A DNA stretch of 62,917 bases, filler included, from Phoronis australis (lineage: Eukaryota; Animalia; Phoronida): assembly GCA_002633005.1 (NCBI GenBank). It is 6 parts of 6 records of this genome, joined end to end, with 100 filler letters (N's around TTAATTAATTAA, not from the genome) between each part and the next. Parts side by side here need not be neighbours in the genome. Positions count along the whole stretch, not along the records: positions 58,528 to 62,917 come from NMRA01002096.1; 5 more parts are not named here. One strand, given 5' to 3'. Position numbers and translations under genes: made by a program. The notes beneath the pieces were generated by a model. That model was not told the origin of the DNA. It worked only from the letters and a program-made list of their open reading frames with translations, and made no database searches. Position 1 is the first letter of the stretch. Each line of letters opens with the position of its first letter. Positions 62,154-62,917 of this stretch are shown here, piece after piece.

Positions 62154-62917
62154 CAGTGGCTGATCTAGGATATCACAAGGGGCGCCCAACATTTTGTCCG
62201 GCTGTAAGCATTTGTGCAAACGGAAGCACGATTGTAGATGCGCATAGCACCGAATGGGGGGAGGTCCCAGGAAATTTTCCTTGATTTCTGAGGTATTATC
62301 CAAGAAAAAAAGGAAAAAAAAAAAACAAACAAACAAAAAACACGCAGAACGTGTCAAACAGGAAAAAGCTGCACTTATTAAAGACTCGAACTCACGACCC
62401 AGCGGAAAGAGCGCGAGTGCGTTACCACCACGATTTAACTAGTAATTATATATTAACAGACCTACTTGTTTATGGTCCACAGCGTTTGCGCGCGAAGCCT
62501 ACTTCTTTTTGTAATGTTTATTACACGTTTTATATTTTGTGCCATCAATTCTTAACAAACTTGTCGTATTTAAAAAAGTCTTCAAATGCCCAAAAGACCA
62601 AATCCGTTTTTCGTGTTGGCAATAATGACGGCATTGCTTTGGAAATCGTCTTAAGATAAGATTTGACAAAGAGAGTATTGCGAGTTTCACTAAGGCTTCG
62701 ATAAAAATTCACATCTTACCAGCAGCTTCTGTTTTTTCATCGTCACTCAGGTTCCATTTTCTTTAAAAAATGAAGTAAATTTTCTTCATTGCACAGTGGA
62801 GCAGACGACTGCCGGTCGCCTGGGATATCGCGGGAGAGCCTATATACTTAGCCATAGGTCCGTTACAAATGCGCCGTGTTCCGAATTTGACACTTGAAAT
62901 TGGATTTGAGCCCCCCC

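Overview
Repeat-rich metazoan (most likely invertebrate) genomic DNA with spliced genes. It is not one continuous locus: five 100-bp N44-TTAATTAATTAA-N44 linkers (25197, 46078, 49185, 55848, 58428) join six separate segments, and there are further N gaps. Genes I can support: (1) a two-exon THAP-domain coding sequence at 2755-3708, just upstream of (2) an intronless LRR-LRRCT-Ig-TM receptor with no TIR domain (4712-7489); (3) the last seven visible exons of a USP40-like deubiquitinase on the minus strand (16391-25196); (4) a two-exon 67-aa secreted prepropeptide of unknown family (39541-40981); (5) a four-exon minus-strand gene joining two LDL-receptor class A repeats to a Ly6/three-finger (Quiver-like) domain and a GPI-type tail (52597-55264), which the ORF track largely misses; (6) a disrupted gene in which an SRCR exon interrupts a C-type lectin domain (59551-62855). 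Much of the remainder is recognisable transposon material: nested MITEs, CAG-TSD and 5-bp-TSD MITE families, ISL2EU-like and Kolobok-like deletion derivatives with THAP remnants, Helentron-like repeats carrying periodic CTCF-like motifs, and LINE, piggyBac and SINE fragments. All family assignments come from motif recognition by eye; no database search was run.
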